Of a stretch of 64,000 nucleotides of DNA, positions 12,840 to 25,836 are shown piece after piece. The first letter of the stretch is position 1, and every line of letters begins with the position of its first letter. The stretch covers positions 17,484,001-17,548,000 of the forward strand of contig OX597814.1 in NCBI GenBank assembly GCA_951406725.2, given 5' to 3'. The position numbers and the translations under genes were made by a program. The notes beneath the pieces are model-generated. The model did not search any database. It was given only the letters and a program-made list of their open reading frames with translations, and was not told the origin of the DNA. The DNA comes from Octopus vulgaris. Lineage: Eukaryota.

Positions 12840-14050
12840 TCACACACAGATGACAGTAGTAAATAGACAAACTTATGATCATTAAAATTATTTAAATCTG
12901 AAATCATACATTCAAATTATTTATTAATTGTTTCAATGTATAATTGACATGCTCTTCGCACTTTTCAATGCAAGGACCCAATTTGGCATGTTATTAATCA
13001 GATGACAAGTATTCTCTTGCCGAATTTCAGGCCAAGTTTCATGCAGTAATCTTGAAAGATCTGGCTTTGAAGATGCTTTCTTGTTTTTTTTATGAAGTGT
13101 CCTGTCCATTATGTCTCAGAGGTATTCACAAGAGTTCATATCTGGTGGCTTGCTTCGCCATGGAAGTTTTTTAACGCCATTCTCTTCCATCAAATCTTAG
13201 GTCATTCGAACCGTGTGACAAGGAGCTCCATCTTCCATAAATAAGGAGTCTTCTTTCATCATTTCGCCACTGGAGAAGTTTGGAAGGAGTTTTCTCTGCA
13301 ATATGTACACATATTTATCTGAGTTTATGCTTCCTTCACTCTCCGCCAGCTCTGATCAACCATTGCTCCAAATTGCTCCATCACAGAATAGCTGCCGTGT
13401 TTCATTATTGGCTGCAATTTTTTCACATCAGATCTTGATCACAGAGTCTCCAGATCCACACACGACCACCGTCAAGAGCAAATCTGAATACATGAGAATA
13501 TCCACAGTGTCCATCCAGAAATGCTAATGGCCTCTCCACCGCCTCACTGGCCCAATCTTTTCTTGAAGAAGTGTCTTCCTTCTTGCTGCTCTGCCATAGT
13601 AACCAAGTTTGTGAAGATACCTGACAGATGTTCTGGGACTGACATTAACTTGCTCTGCAATGCCAGAAGCCTTGCAGCGAGAATTACCCCCCACACTCCT
13701 CTTAGCAAAAAGAAGGGTCCTGTAACAGGGCCCTGATTTCTCTGGGCGAGGTAATGTGGACTCCTTCTCTTCTCTGGCGAATTTCACAATCACTCTATTA
13801 ACTGTAGAAAGCGGGATCCCAAGGTTTTTCTGCGATTTTACGGTATGTCCACCTTCGGAATGACCCACAATACGGCCTGTTTGAAATTCGGATCGTTCCA
13901 AAGCGTCTTTTATACATGGCATGATTAAACAATCATATATATATATAATCTTAAACATAAAAATGTCAATTGATAAAATATATAATTCTTTATAATAAAC
14001 ATAAATGGATGTTTTATGGGGCTTCTATTTGCTTCTGCCATGTGCGTGTC
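12836..14050 (-). mobile_element. Decayed Tc1-family DNA transposon with degenerate TIRs
   Basis: Left CAGATGACAGTAGTAAATAGA versus reverse complement of the right end CACATGGCAGAAGCAAATAGA; TA-rich flanks; encloses a transposase relic. Confidence 0.75.
12933..13922 (-). pseudogene. Tc1-like (DD34E) transposase pseudogene, about 330 codons, disrupted
   Basis: N-terminal HTH ([22 protein letters not shown]; [17 protein letters not shown]), FMEDGAPCHT, LPWRSKPPDMNSCEYL (like WPSQSPDLNPIEHLW) and NMPNWVLALKSAK (like SMPRRxxAVIxAKG). Confidence 0.88.
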
Positions 14051-14084
<34 letters not shown>

Positions 14085-14139
14085 TGTATGTATGTATGTA
14101 TGTATGTATGTATGTATGTATGTGTGTGTGTATGTGTGT

Positions 14140-14433
14140 GGAGGCGCAATGGCCCAGTGGTTAGGGCAGCGGACTCGCGGTCGTAGGATCGCAGTTTCGA
14201 TTCCCAGACCGGGCGTTGTGAGTGTTTATTGAGCAAAAACACCTAAAAGTTCCACGATGCTCCGGCAGGGGGTGGTGATCCCTGCTGTACTCTTTCACGA
14301 CTCTTTCTTCTGTTGGCCTGCTCGCTTAGCCAGCGGGGTGGCGTCATTCGAAGGCATATATAATCTTCGAACGCATTGCGACCAGCGATGTGTAACAACA
14401 TCTGATGGCCTGGTCAGTCACGTGATCACGTGA
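14140..14433 (+). mobile_element. SINE C head with an alternative 3' tail
   Basis: Family C head up to CCCTGCTGTACTCTTTCAC, then a different tail ending CACGTGATCACGTGA. Confidence 0.8.
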
Positions 14434-14461
14434 TATATATATATATATATATATGTGTATA

Positions 14462-14565
14462 TAGTCAATTCAAATAAACAGACAGTTCAAATAAACGAAT
14501 AATAGAATTAACGAACAAGTGGACGTGCACAAGAAATGTATTAGCTTGACGCTCGACGAACAAAC
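14462..14565 (-). repeat. Fragment of Penelope-like terminal repeat (family E)
   Basis: TGTATTAGCTTGACGCTC motif shared with 31405-31615 and 52100-52260. Confidence 0.45.
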
Positions 14566-14592
14566 ATAATAGATATATATATATATATATAG

Positions 14593-14790
14593 ATGTGTCT
14601 GTGTTTGTCCACCCAACATCGCTTGACAACCTATGCTGGTGTGTTTACGTACCCGTAACTTAGCGGTTCGGCAAAAGAGACCGATAGAATAAGAACCAGG
14701 CTTACAAAGAATAAGTCCTGGGGTTGATTTGCTCGACTAAAAGGCGGTGCTCCAGATTAGGCCGCAGTCAGATGACTGAAACAAGTAAAA
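14593..14790 (+). mobile_element. 5'-truncated SINE A
   Basis: 3' half of family A. Confidence 0.88.
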
Positions 14791-14797
14791 AAATTTT

Positions 14798-15972
14798 AAA
14801 AGTTGGCAGCACCGCAGACACCATGAAAAATCGTCTGAGAGACCATCTCTCATCATTTTCCAATATAAACAAAAGACACTCTACATCTCTGTCGAATCTT
14901 GTCTGGAAGCTAAAACAGAATGGAGTAGAATATTCTACCCAATGGTCAATTATAAAAAATGCTACACCTTATAACGGGTCTTCATGTGTATGCAACATAT
15001 GCCTTGAAGAAACCCTGGAAATAATAACACCCAGGGAAAACGTGATAATTAGACACTCTTAGATGGTCATATCATGCAACTACGGAAGCAAAATAGCATT
15101 CATGGGAATTAAAAAACTATTTTGAAACGAAGTAACAAATCATAGAATAGTGAAGGAACCCAAACAAATAATTGAATATACCAATGTTTAAGATGACACA
15201 CTACTACAACAGCAGAAACAGTGAAAAAGTCACATGGAGTACATTAATCAATGTAGTCAACAAACTCCCCTATATAGCAACTGACCACCTGTTAGGTTCA
15301 GAATTTATTGAGGAGATTCAGGTCGTAATTGAAATAGAACAAAGAGATATATACAATAATAAATCTCTGAATGAGGAATAAACAGTAGCTGCACAACAAT
15401 GTGAAGTATATTTGCCACTTAAATGTGGCTAACCACTAAGGGTGGATGCTACTGTAGCTTGTAGCCCCAGGAGAACATCTTCTCCAGCTGGCTACTGACA
15501 CACTTTCTGTGCCCTATCAGCATTTGCAAAGGGAAGCCATCCTTCCCATCGTCGACCTGACGTGATACGCACGGGCCCAGGTTTCTGGATATTTACCCGT
15601 CGTTAAGAGATATACAACCATCATCAAATCTGCTGAATTAATGATCATCCTTAAAATCTGCAAAATAAATAGCTAATAATTCCAACACCATCACACACCA
15701 CCTTCCCTATATTACAACCATTCTGTTTTCTACTACCACCACCTATTTCTCTTTACCAAGTACATACAGAAATACTCATATAGCTAGATTGGCCTTCATA
15801 CAAGCAAGAAAGGATAAACATCCATCCGTGAGTCATCCAATTACTCAGTATCGCCTGATGAAATGGATCAATGATGATACCCACAAATAATACGGACTAT
15901 ATAGTGCTAATCCCAAGGATACCGACTCTGATGTCAAAATCAAAATCATATAATCGGTGGAAACGTACGTAG
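14798..15972 (+). mobile_element. Penelope-like retroelement 3' remnant (GIY-YIG endonuclease C-terminus plus 3' region)
   Basis: VGSTADTMKNRLRDHLSSFS..RHSTSLSNLVWKLKQNGVEYSTQWSII...PYNGSSCVCNICLEE matches the PLE GIY-YIG tail pattern; hammerhead-like motifs at 15855-15971. Confidence 0.75.
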
Positions 15973-16064
15973 CATCTTGGGCAAGTGTCTTCTGCTATAG
16001 CCCCGGGCCGACCAATGCCTTGTGAGTGGATTTGGTAGACGGAAACTGAAAGAAGCCTGTCGTA

Positions 16065-16111
<47 letters not shown>

Positions 16112-16330
16112 TGTGTATATGTTTGTGTGTCTGTGTTTGTCCCCCTAGCATTGCTTGACAACCGATGCTGGTGTGTTTACGTCCCCGTCACTTAGCGGTT
16201 CGGCAAAAGAGACCGATAGAATAAGTACTGGGCTTACAAAGAATAAGTCCCGGGGTCGATTTGCTCGACTGAAGGCGGTGCTCCAGCATGGCCGCAGTCA
16301 AATGACTGAAACAAGTAAAAGAGTAAAAAA
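15972..16330 (+). mobile_element. SINE A lacking most of the tRNA head
   Basis: Begins at GCATCTTGGGCAAG. Confidence 0.9.
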
Positions 16331-16394
16331 GTAAGAGAGATGCATTATTTATAAATTTCATCCTGGTATTATTGTTATTATATTTATGGAGAGT

Positions 16395-16785
16395 CAAAGT
16401 TGGGAAGAAAAACAGGACATTGGAGACATACAAGGAAACTCAACGAAAACAAACATGGAGGGTCGTAAGACCAGAACGGAAGGAAAATAATGAACGCTTA
16501 GAGAAATATTTCCTTTGAAAAGGGAAAAGATAGAAGAGAAAGAAAAAAACGTCCTGTCTGTCCTTTGAACGTCCGTGCAGGGAAAGGATGATGTTCACGT
16601 GAGGAAAGGAAAGATGAACGATGGTCACGTGGGAGTAACGAGAGAGAGAAAAAGAGGAGGGAGAGAGAGAGAGTTAGATAGAAAACGGTGAAAGAGGGAG
16701 GGGAGAAAAAGGGAATTAGAGAAGGATGGAGGAAGAAAACAGTATAGAGTCGTAACAAAAAGGTGAAGATGAACTTACTTCGGAG
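16395..16785 (-). mobile_element. Diverged relative of the 43000-44141 mini-element
   Basis: Shares GGTCACGTG, a purine tract, ATAGAGTCGTA.CAAA and ACTTAC in the same order. Confidence 0.5.
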
Positions 16786-16809
16786 GGAGGGGCGACTGTC
16801 TTTGAAGAG

Positions 16810-16905
<96 letters not shown>

Positions 16906-16917
16906 GCATATACAAAT

Positions 16918-16954
<37 letters not shown>

Positions 16955-17346
16955 CTCGCAATAACGCCTATATGTATGTGTACAGAAAGAGAGTTATACA
17001 TATATTTTTGTGGTTTGGAAACGAAAGACCATTGTCCTTCAGAACCTCAGAATCTCCAAGAAGAACAAATGGGAAGATGAAGCAACAACATATGAACTTC
17101 AAACATATGAATCCGAATTATCTTCGGAGCAGAAACCTGATCTTAATAATTGAAATATAATGGATTTCGTTAGTAACAACCAAGAGTTACTGTTAAACTG
17201 GTTAACAGATTACGTCTACTGCCTTACAACAAAGACAGGCAATCTAACGAATTTCCGTAGACCCAACTTTATGCACAGCGAGTGGCTCCATGCAAGTTTA
17301 CAATATACAGGAAGAGTTGAAAAGTGGAGGTTACAAGCTGAGGTTA

Positions 17347-17715
17347 TCTTTATATATAAAAGTGAAGTTGTGTGTCTGTCTCCTACGATTTAGATTCCTA
17401 ACTACTCCCACATTTTGCGGTGCAGTTTAACCAAAACCGGGTATCTTATAGTCGTGATTCATATCGAGCCCTTCTGGGTATTAGCGCGCGTCTACGATGA
17501 GTCTACGATTAAAAAAAAATTACCATCATTTTTTCCATTTTAATGCATTTTTTCGCTATTATATAAGGGAAGTAACTCTCTAAAAATGTCTACGATGAGT
17601 CAACGATTTTAAAAAAATTTACCATTTTTAATGCATTTTTTGGCTATAACTCTTTAAAAATGCTTATATAGTTATTTCCCTTACAAACCCGAGCAACGCC
17701 GGGCGATACTGCTAG
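17347..17715 (+). mobile_element. Non-autonomous Helitron-like element
   Basis: A|TCTTTATATATAAAAG ... CCCGAGCAACGCCGGG CGATACTGCTAG|T. Confidence 0.85.
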
Positions 17716-18669
17716 TTTAGTATAAAAGTGGCATTAGGTGAAAATAGTTGCATTCTGTTACTTCAAAGAAATAAAAATTGCTATATTATCGGTACATGGG
17801 TCACAGAAAAAGCAATGCCGTTGTGGGTATGTTGTTGCAATATGTGTATGAGAAAACTATTACCAGTTAGCCTGATAGCCATTCTTTGTGATTTAGGATA
17901 TTTTTGAATGCAAGGTGCTGTGTGCACATTGACAAGGTGGGTAAGCAGTGCATCAACGTGCGCTGCACTTGAGCGATGTTGAAAATAAATAGTTTACAAC
18001 GTTGGAAGCGGTGATTAATAAACTTCAGTCTTTTTAGTAAAAACAGATAAATTACATAACTTCAAAACAAGTGGGCTTTTTTTTGTGGATGTGATATTGA
18101 TTTAGAGGTTTAAATTGGCAACCGAAAGTAAAGAATTTCTATAATATATCAAAACTTGACATCAGAAAGTGATTAGTTTTTACGTTAGTTATTGATTCAA
18201 AAGTGATTGATTGATTGATTTTGTTGCTAATTATTTCTTGTTTATAACAACTTTAGCCTCTGCCTGGTTAGTTATTTGCTTGACAACAACTGCAGATTCA
18301 CTAGTTTATTAAAATAGAAATTAGACATGAGAAAACAACATGTAAAAAGTAAATAGCAAGAGCCTAGCAAGACACATACCCGTGCCTTTCTTTTTCGTAA
18401 TACGTTGTACCTTTTCCATATTTACTAATATTTCTACACTGAAATTCTCTATTTATATATTGTGTTTAACCATTGTATATAACTAAAAAATTCTAAAGAA
18501 TATGTTTTTCTTCTGCAATTCTCATTGAACTATAAAAACTGTATTCAAATGAAGGAAGTCCATGATTGACTTAGACAAAATATCTCTGCGAGAGTATTTC
18601 CGATATAGTTGGATTTTTTTTTCCTTAAGAATATGTTATATTTTAAGAATATTTTGAAAATACATATAC

Positions 18670-19085
18670 AGGCGTAGCTGCGTGGCAAGAAATTTGCATC
18701 CCAACCACAAGGTTCCTCATTCAGTACCACTGCGTAACACCTAGGGCAAGTGTCTTCTACTATAACCTTGAGCCAGTCAAAGTCTTGGGTTTGGTAGATG
18801 GAAACGGAAAGAATCCAATAGTATATATATATATTTCTTTACTACCCACAAGGGGCTAAACACAGAGAAGACAAACAAGGACAGACCAACGGATTAAGTC
18901 GATTACATCAACCCCAGTGCGTAACTGGTACTTAATTTATCGACCCCGAAAGGATGAAAGTTAAAGTCGACCTCGGCGGAATTTGAACTCAGAACGTAAC
19001 GGCAGACGAAATACCGTTAAGCATTTCGCCCGGCGTGCTAACGTTTCTGCCAGCTCGCCGCCTTCCCAATCGTATATATATATGT

Positions 19086-19128
<43 letters not shown>

Positions 19129-19153
19129 TGTGTGTGTGTGTGTTTGTGTATGT

Positions 19154-19210
<57 letters not shown>

Positions 19211-19405
19211 CCCTATCACCGTTTGAAAATTAGTGTTGGTGCGTTTACGTCCTCGTAACTTTGGCAAAAGTGTCGATAGAATAAGTACCAGGCTTTAACC
19301 CCCCCAAAAAAGGGAACTGGGGTCGATTCGTTCGACTGAAATCTTTCAAGGCGATACTCCAGCATGGCCGCTGTCTAATGGCTGAAACAAGTAAAAGATA
19401 AAAGA
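18670..19405 (+). mobile_element. Diverged SINE A interrupted by SINE B
   Basis: A head at 18670-18820, A 3' half at about 19200-19405. Confidence 0.8.
18832..19062 (-). mobile_element. SINE B nested in the TA tract of SINE A
   Basis: Full family B sequence. Confidence 0.92.
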
Positions 19406-19421
19406 TATATTCACCTAAATA

Positions 19422-19803
19422 TGGAAGCACTCCGTCGGTTACGACGACGAGGGTTCCGGTTGATCCGATCAACGGAACAGCCTGCTCGTGAAATTAACGT
19501 GTAAGTGGCTGAGCTCTCCACAGACACGTGTACTCTTAACGTAGTTCTCGGGGATATTCAGCGTGACACAGAGAGTGACAAGGCCGGCCCTTTGAAATAC
19601 AGGTACAACAGAAACAGGAAGTAAGAGTGAGAGAAAGTTGTGGTGAAAGAGTACAGCAGGGATCACCACCATCCCCTGCCGGAGCCTCGTGGAGCTTTAG
19701 GTGTTTTCGCTCAATAAACACTCACAACGCCCGGTCTGGGAATCGAAACCGCGATCCTACGACCGCGAGTCCGCTGCCCTAACCACTGGGCCATTGCACC
19801 TCC
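19422..19803 (-). mobile_element. SINE family C (OR1-like), full length
   Basis: tRNA head GCAATGGCCCAGTGGTTAGGGCAGCGGACTCGCGG...GGTTTCGATTCC; tail ...CGTAACCGACGGAGTGCTTCCA. Confidence 0.92.
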
Positions 19804-19805
19804 GT

Positions 19806-19844
<39 letters not shown>

Positions 19845-20083
19845 CATTATACATCAAGCTTATATGAGAGGATATCTCAAGGCTAATAACGTTGTAGTCG
19901 GTATTCCAACCAGACATCCATGTTAAGGTGGATCTAAAAATTACCGTTTGGTATTGATACTGTTTCCGTCGCTAATAATTAATTTTTAATAAGCCTATTG
20001 GCTATTTGCGACATCAGTATCTGAAAAGATGCTGATATTCTATATATCGTAGCAATGAGATTTGGTATGTTGTGACTCCACCA

Positions 20084-20116
<33 letters not shown>

Positions 20117-20287
20117 ATTTCCGGTAGAATGAAATCACGTGATGTAGGAGTTCCGGCGCCCATGACAGACGATTCTCGTCTGCTACGACGTATGCGACTG
20201 TTTTAGGCACCAAGCACCTATACTAGAAGATTTCTCAAGGCTAACAACGCTGTATTCAATGTTTGAGTAAGACATTCACATTAAGCT

Positions 20288-20291
<4 letters not shown>

Positions 20292-20322
<31 letters not shown>

Positions 20323-20692
20323 GATATAAAATCCGTTGTGTGTGTGTGTGTGTCTTCTAGGATCTCGGGCATCCTCCATCCGATTGCGCTCAAATTTGAT
20401 ATGTAGATACCAACGGTATCAGGGCGTGTATAAGTCTTGAAAAAATTACAAAAATCGATTCCGAGTGAGAATGCGATCGATAAAGCCGTGGGAACGTGCA
20501 TTTGTAAAATCGTTTTTCTTGGAATAGGAAAAAGTCTATGTTTATTTCTTCTTTCGCTGGTGTCTCAAATTTAGGTGAAATCAGTATTTCTCAAAGGGGA
20601 GGCCTATGGGACGGTTGAACAAGTTTTGAGAAAATTTGGTTTAAGTGTTTGACAACTCAGCAACGTCCATTGGACGGGGGGCGTTTTGCTCG
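20292..20692 (+). mobile_element. Possible Helitron-like element (CTCG end variant)
   Basis: TATAAAA+(TG)n start, CCGATTGCGCTCAAATTTG motif, CGTCC-ATT-GGACG hairpin followed by GCTCG|T. Confidence 0.45.
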
Positions 20693-20695
20693 TAT

Positions 20696-20727
<32 letters not shown>

Positions 20728-21379
20728 ACACAACTGTTCACATTTTCAAAGATCATAGGCGCGCTTGCACGCACTCACACACTCACATGCACAAACGCAC
20801 CTAAACATACATGAACACACATCCGAAAAGTAATATATACCTTTCAAAGATTACTATACCTACAAGCACAAATCATATGTAATGGTTCAGTGGAAAGTGT
20901 TAGTATACGTTTATGCTGTATTTCATCCAATAGATGTTCATTCAAGAGTGTTGTTACATTAAAGAGTTAAAACAAAATTGGTTGAAAATAAAATATGAAT
21001 TCTCAGACACGAAAAGATTTTAAAAAATAGCACAGACTCTAATTATCTTGTCTTATCATGTCTTCTGCTCTCAACTCCTGATGGTTCTCCGTAGTCACCG
21101 TCTTAATAAATTTTATACCAATTTTCTACTTCTGCCATGGTAGTGTGCCAGAGTTCAGATCTCCCCTAAATTTGCTATGTACATTCCTTACTGTTGCGCC
21201 TCCACATTTTCTTCTATCCGCTTCTCCTTTCCCCTACCACAGTTCCTTGAAGGATGGTTCTTGCAAAGCCATTGGCTATTGTTTTATGATCAAATTTAAT
21301 CTATTCACTATTGTGTGGTGTTTATGGGGGCCAATGTAAAACTGGACGATTTTCTAAACCTGCACATTTGTGATGTGGA

Positions 21380-21761
21380 TGGAAGCACTCCGTCGGTTAC
21401 GACGATGAGGGTTCCGGTTGATCCGAATCAACGGAACAGCCTGCTCGTGAAATTAACGTGTAAGTGGCTGAGCACTCCACAGACACGTGCACCCTTAACG
21501 TAGTTCTCGGGGATATTTAGCGTGACACGGAGAGTGACAAGGCCGGCCCCTTGAAATACAGGTACAACAGAAACAGGAAGTAAGAGTGGAGTGAGAGAAA
21601 GTTGAGGCGGAAGAGTACAACAGAGGTCGCCACCCCCCACCCCCTCGGGGAGCTTTAGGTGTTTTCGCTCAATAAACACTCACAACGCCCGGTCTGGGAA
21701 TCGAAACCGCGATCCTTCGACCGCGAGTCCGCTGCCCTAACCACTGGGCCATTGCGCCTCC
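21380..21761 (-). mobile_element. SINE C with TSD CACATTTGTGATGT
   Basis: Family match; 14-bp flanking direct repeat. Confidence 0.92.
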
Positions 21762-22053
21762 ACCACATTTGTGATGTTAGTACAAGTATGACAGGCTTAA
21801 GCTGTTGCAGTAGCAAGTCTCTTAGGGAGTAGGAACATCATAAATCTGAAATTCGTTGATGATATTGATGAACTAACAAGAAGGAAAGATGAATTGATTG
21901 AATTAGGCAAGTACCTTGACGCAGTGAATTCCTTATATATGATGGAAATCAGTGCTGGGGAAATGAAATCCATGACAAATGCTAGCGATGGCATATCTAC
22001 AGTAGTCGCTTTCTCTGAATAAAGGCAGAAACAGAAATGGATGGATGGATGGA

Positions 22054-22437
22054 TGGAAGCACTCCGTCGGTTACGACGATGAGGGTTCCGGTTGATCCGA
22101 ATCAACGGAACAGCCTGCTCGTGAAATTAACGTGTAAGTGGCTGAGCACTCCACAGACACGTGTACCCTTAACGTAGTTCTCGGGGATATTCAGCGTGAC
22201 ACAGAGAGTGACAAGGCCGGCCCCTTGAAATACAGGTACAACAGAAACAGGAAGTAAGAGTGAGAGAAAGTTGTGGTGAAAGAGTACAGCAGGGATCACC
22301 ACCATCCCCTGCCAGAGCCTCGTGGAGCTTTTAGGTGTTTTCGCTCAATAAACACTCACAACGCCCGGTCTGGGAATCGAAACCGCGATCCTATGACCGC
22401 GAGTCCGCTGCCCTAACCACTGGGCCATTGCGCCTCC
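22054..22437 (-). mobile_element. SINE C with TSD AGAAACAGAAAT and (TCCA)n tail
   Basis: Family match; flanking direct repeat. Confidence 0.92.
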
Positions 22438-22728
22438 ACAAGAAACAGAAATAGTGCAATAAGCACTGCACAGACAATTTACCCTAACTAAACTCTGACC
22501 AGTATGAAGAGATAAGTATGTGAAGAACAAGAACAAATTCCTGGGAGCGCAGGTACTTTTTGTTTTCCTGAACGCATGTGAGACGTGGAATCTCTTGTTG
22601 TGAGTTATGAACACTTCGCGCTTATGATGCATGAGCGTTCAAAGCAAAGATTCAGACATGATACAAGCTTTGAACATGAGATGTTACCGCAACATCATAG
22701 GCGAACTAGATATGCAGGTCTCGCGATA

Positions 22729-22798
<70 letters not shown>

Positions 22799-23054
22799 GC
22801 ACGCGCACACACACAGATATATAGAGAAAAAAGAGGGAGTGGAGGGAGTCTATGCACCACTCGTGAGTGTGCCGCACCTTCACTAACGGTTTTAGGCGTC
22901 TATGCAGTCGCAAATAAATATAGACACTCTGACGGAGGTCCCAATTTTGATCCAGTAGAACACAAAGAATACGAGGGAAGGAAAGATGCATCGGCACTCA
23001 TCAGCTGAATAGACTTGAGATAGACTTGAGATACGCATATGAAATATAAATGTA

Positions 23055-23452
23055 CTAGCAGTATCGCCCGGCGTTGCTCGGGTTTGTAAGGGAAATAACT
23101 ATATAAGCATTTTTAGAGAGTTATAGCCAAAAAATAGCAAAAAAATGCATTAAAAATGGAAAAAAATGATGGTAATTTTTTTTTTTAAATCGTTGACTCA
23201 TCGTAGACATTTTTAAAGAGTTACTTCCCTTATTTAATAGCGAAAAAATGCATTTAAAATGGAAAAAAATGATGGTAAATTTCTTTTAAATCGTAGACTC
23301 ATCGTAGACGCGCGCTAATACCCAGAAGGGCTCGATATGAATCACGACTATAAGATACCCGGTTCTGGTTAAACTGCACCGCAAAATGTGGGAGTAGTTA
23401 GGAATCTAAATCGTAGGAGACAGACACACAACCTTACTTTTATATATAAAGA
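23055..23452 (-). mobile_element. Non-autonomous Helitron-like element (same subfamily as 17347-17715)
   Basis: Near reverse complement of 17347-17715 with the same TC and CTAG ends. Confidence 0.85.
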
Positions 23453-23644
23453 TATATCTGTGAGTGTGTATTTAAGCACACGGATATGTATATATAAGTT
23501 TGGTAGGATATACCAATGCATTCTGGAGACACTGCCGATTAAAGGACAAGCTTAAGTGTTATTACAACTACACAGAAAATAAAGAGCAAATAGTTTTCTT
23601 GATTGTTATGTTTGTATTTATGCTGTATTTATGTTTGTATTTCT

Positions 23645-24000
23645 TCCTTTTAATCTTTTACTTGTTTCAGTCATTTTGACTGCGGCCATGCTGGAGCACT
23701 GCCTTTAGCCGAGCAAATCGACCCCCAGGCCTTATTCTTTGGAAGCCTAGTACTTATTCTATCGGTCTATTTTGCCGAACCGTTAAGTTACGGAGACGTA
23801 AACACGCCAACATTGGTTGTCAAGCGATGGTGGGGGACAAAGACAGACACACTAATATATATATATATATATATATATCCGACGGTCTTCTTTCAGTTTC
23901 CATCTACCAAATCCACTCACTCGGCTTTGGTCGGCCCTAGGCTGTACTAGAAGACTGAACCCGGAACCATGTGATTGAGAAGCAAGCTACTCCCGCGCCT
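23645..24000 (-). mobile_element. SINE A with internal deletions
   Basis: Family match. Confidence 0.85.
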
Positions 24001-24385
24001 ACAGCTACACTTGTTGGAATAATATCTTTTGAGAATCTTTAATATTAAAGTTTCAAGATTTTTCTTTGCAACTACAGCTAATAGTTCATGTATTTTAATT
24101 AAAGGGTTCGTTATTTTTTGCCTCGTAGATCCAGAAAAAAATTTTTATATCTTAGAAATGACATTCTCACTGAAGGAATAAAAGATCAGATAAATCTCAT
24201 TTCTAATGTCTATAGAGGTATTACAACTGGTTTGCATATATTATATTTTCACTTTAAACCGTTATCTGTTAATCATTTTTGAAGATCTGTTAATCAAACA
24301 AGATTTTGAAAATCCGTGTGATATTAATAAATAGGTTCAAGACTTCCCAAAACTACGAGACCGTAGTTATACACTTTATAAGATT

Positions 24386-24418
<33 letters not shown>

Positions 24419-24420
<2 letters not shown>

Positions 24421-24830
24421 CGCAGGAGTGGCTGTGTGGTAAGTAGCTTGCTTACCAACCACATGGTTCCGGGTTCAGTCCCACTGCGTGGCATCTTGGG
24501 CAAGTGTCTTCTGCTATAGCCCCGGGCCGACCAATGCCTTGTGAGTGGATTTGGTAGACGGAAACTGAAAGAAGCCTGTCGTATATATGTGTATATATAT
24601 ATATAAGTGTGTGTGTATATGTTTGTGTTTGTCCCCCTGGCATTGCTTGACAACCGATGCTGGTGTGTTTACGTCCCCGTCACTTAGCGGTTCGGCAAAA
24701 GAGACCGATAGAATAAGTACTGGGCTTACAAAGAATAAGTCCCGGGGTCGATTTGCTCGACTAAAGGCGGTGCTCCAGCATGGCCGCAGTGAAATGACTG
24801 AAACAAGTAAAAGAGTAAAGAGTAAAAGAG
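24419..24830 (+). mobile_element. SINE A, full length
   Basis: Family match. Confidence 0.92.
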
Positions 24831-25074
24831 TGTATATATATATATATACACACACACAAAAGTTCTCCGTGTGTTTTGTATTTGCCCGTATTCACCTTCA
24901 AAATTATATATTGGAAACTAACAAATTTAAAGTAAGGATTCACTACATTGTTCACTTTAAAAGTTTCTCCAAGTCTTTTGCTAAACCAATCTCAGGCTGT
25001 TACGACCTGTACAATTAATCCATCGTCTCTATACCGAATCACACCTTACAGGTGGCATTATTTCTGCGATAATT

Positions 25075-25700
25075 TAAAGCAGGCAAATTGCTTAGCGACA
25101 TTTCACTCGTCTTTAGGTTATGAATTTAAATTCCGCCGAGACCAACTGCGCTTTTCCTCCTTTCGGGGTCGATAAATTAAGTACCGGTTGCGTACTCGAT
25201 CGATCTAATCGACTGCGTCCCTCCCCAAAAATTTCGAGCCTTGTACCTAGAATAGAAAAGATTATTTCTGCGATACGTTAAGGCAGCAAGCTGGCAGTAA
25301 GGCAGCACAGCAGGCAAAACGCTTAGCATTTCACTCGTCTTTAGGTTATCAGTTCAAATTCCACCGAGACCAACTGCGTCTTTCATCCTTTCGGGGTCGA
25401 TAAATTAAATACAAGTTGCGTACTGCGATCGATCTAATCGACTGGGTCCCTCCCCCAAAAATTTCGAGCCTTGTACCTAGAATAAGGCGGCGAGCTGGCA
25501 ACATCGATAGCAGAACAGGCAAAAAGCTTAACGACATTTCACTCGTCTTTAGGTTATCAGTTCAAATTCTGGCGAGACCAACTGTGCCTTTCATCCTTTC
25601 AGGGTCGATAAAATCAGTCTCAGTCGAGCACTGAGTGTGATACAATCGATTAAGCCCCTCTCACCAGATTTTAAGACTTTGTGCCTACATTAGGAAGAAT
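25075..25700 (+). mobile_element. Three tandem diverged SINE B (short tail) copies
   Basis: Repeated CATTTCACTCGTCTTTAGGTTAT...TTTCGGGGTCGATAAA units at roughly 200-bp spacing. Confidence 0.8.
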
Positions 25701-25836
25701 TATTTCTGGAATATGAATCATACAAGTTCACAAACGTATGTAAGAGAGTTGCTATTTACCACCGTTGCGCTTTACGCAACAAGTAACATCATAAAGACCA
25801 ATGACGACTAAGAATTCAATATTGCATTAGCAACAA

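Larger units (their letters stand above)
21290..22700 (+). pseudogene. RTE-clade LINE reverse-transcriptase fragment, interrupted by two SINE C copies
   Basis: SLGSRNIINLKFVDDIDEL...MEISAGEMKSMTN (about 21817-22000, like NLRFADDIDGL..GMEISAEKTKLMTN) and FLNACETWNL...IQALNMRCYRNII (about 22560-22700). Confidence 0.8.

Noticed and set aside
17347-23452. Single 6-kb transposon with 370-bp TIRs
   Set aside because: Each arm has its own Helitron-type TC and CTAG ends, and the interior is an unrelated mosaic of SINE and LINE fragments
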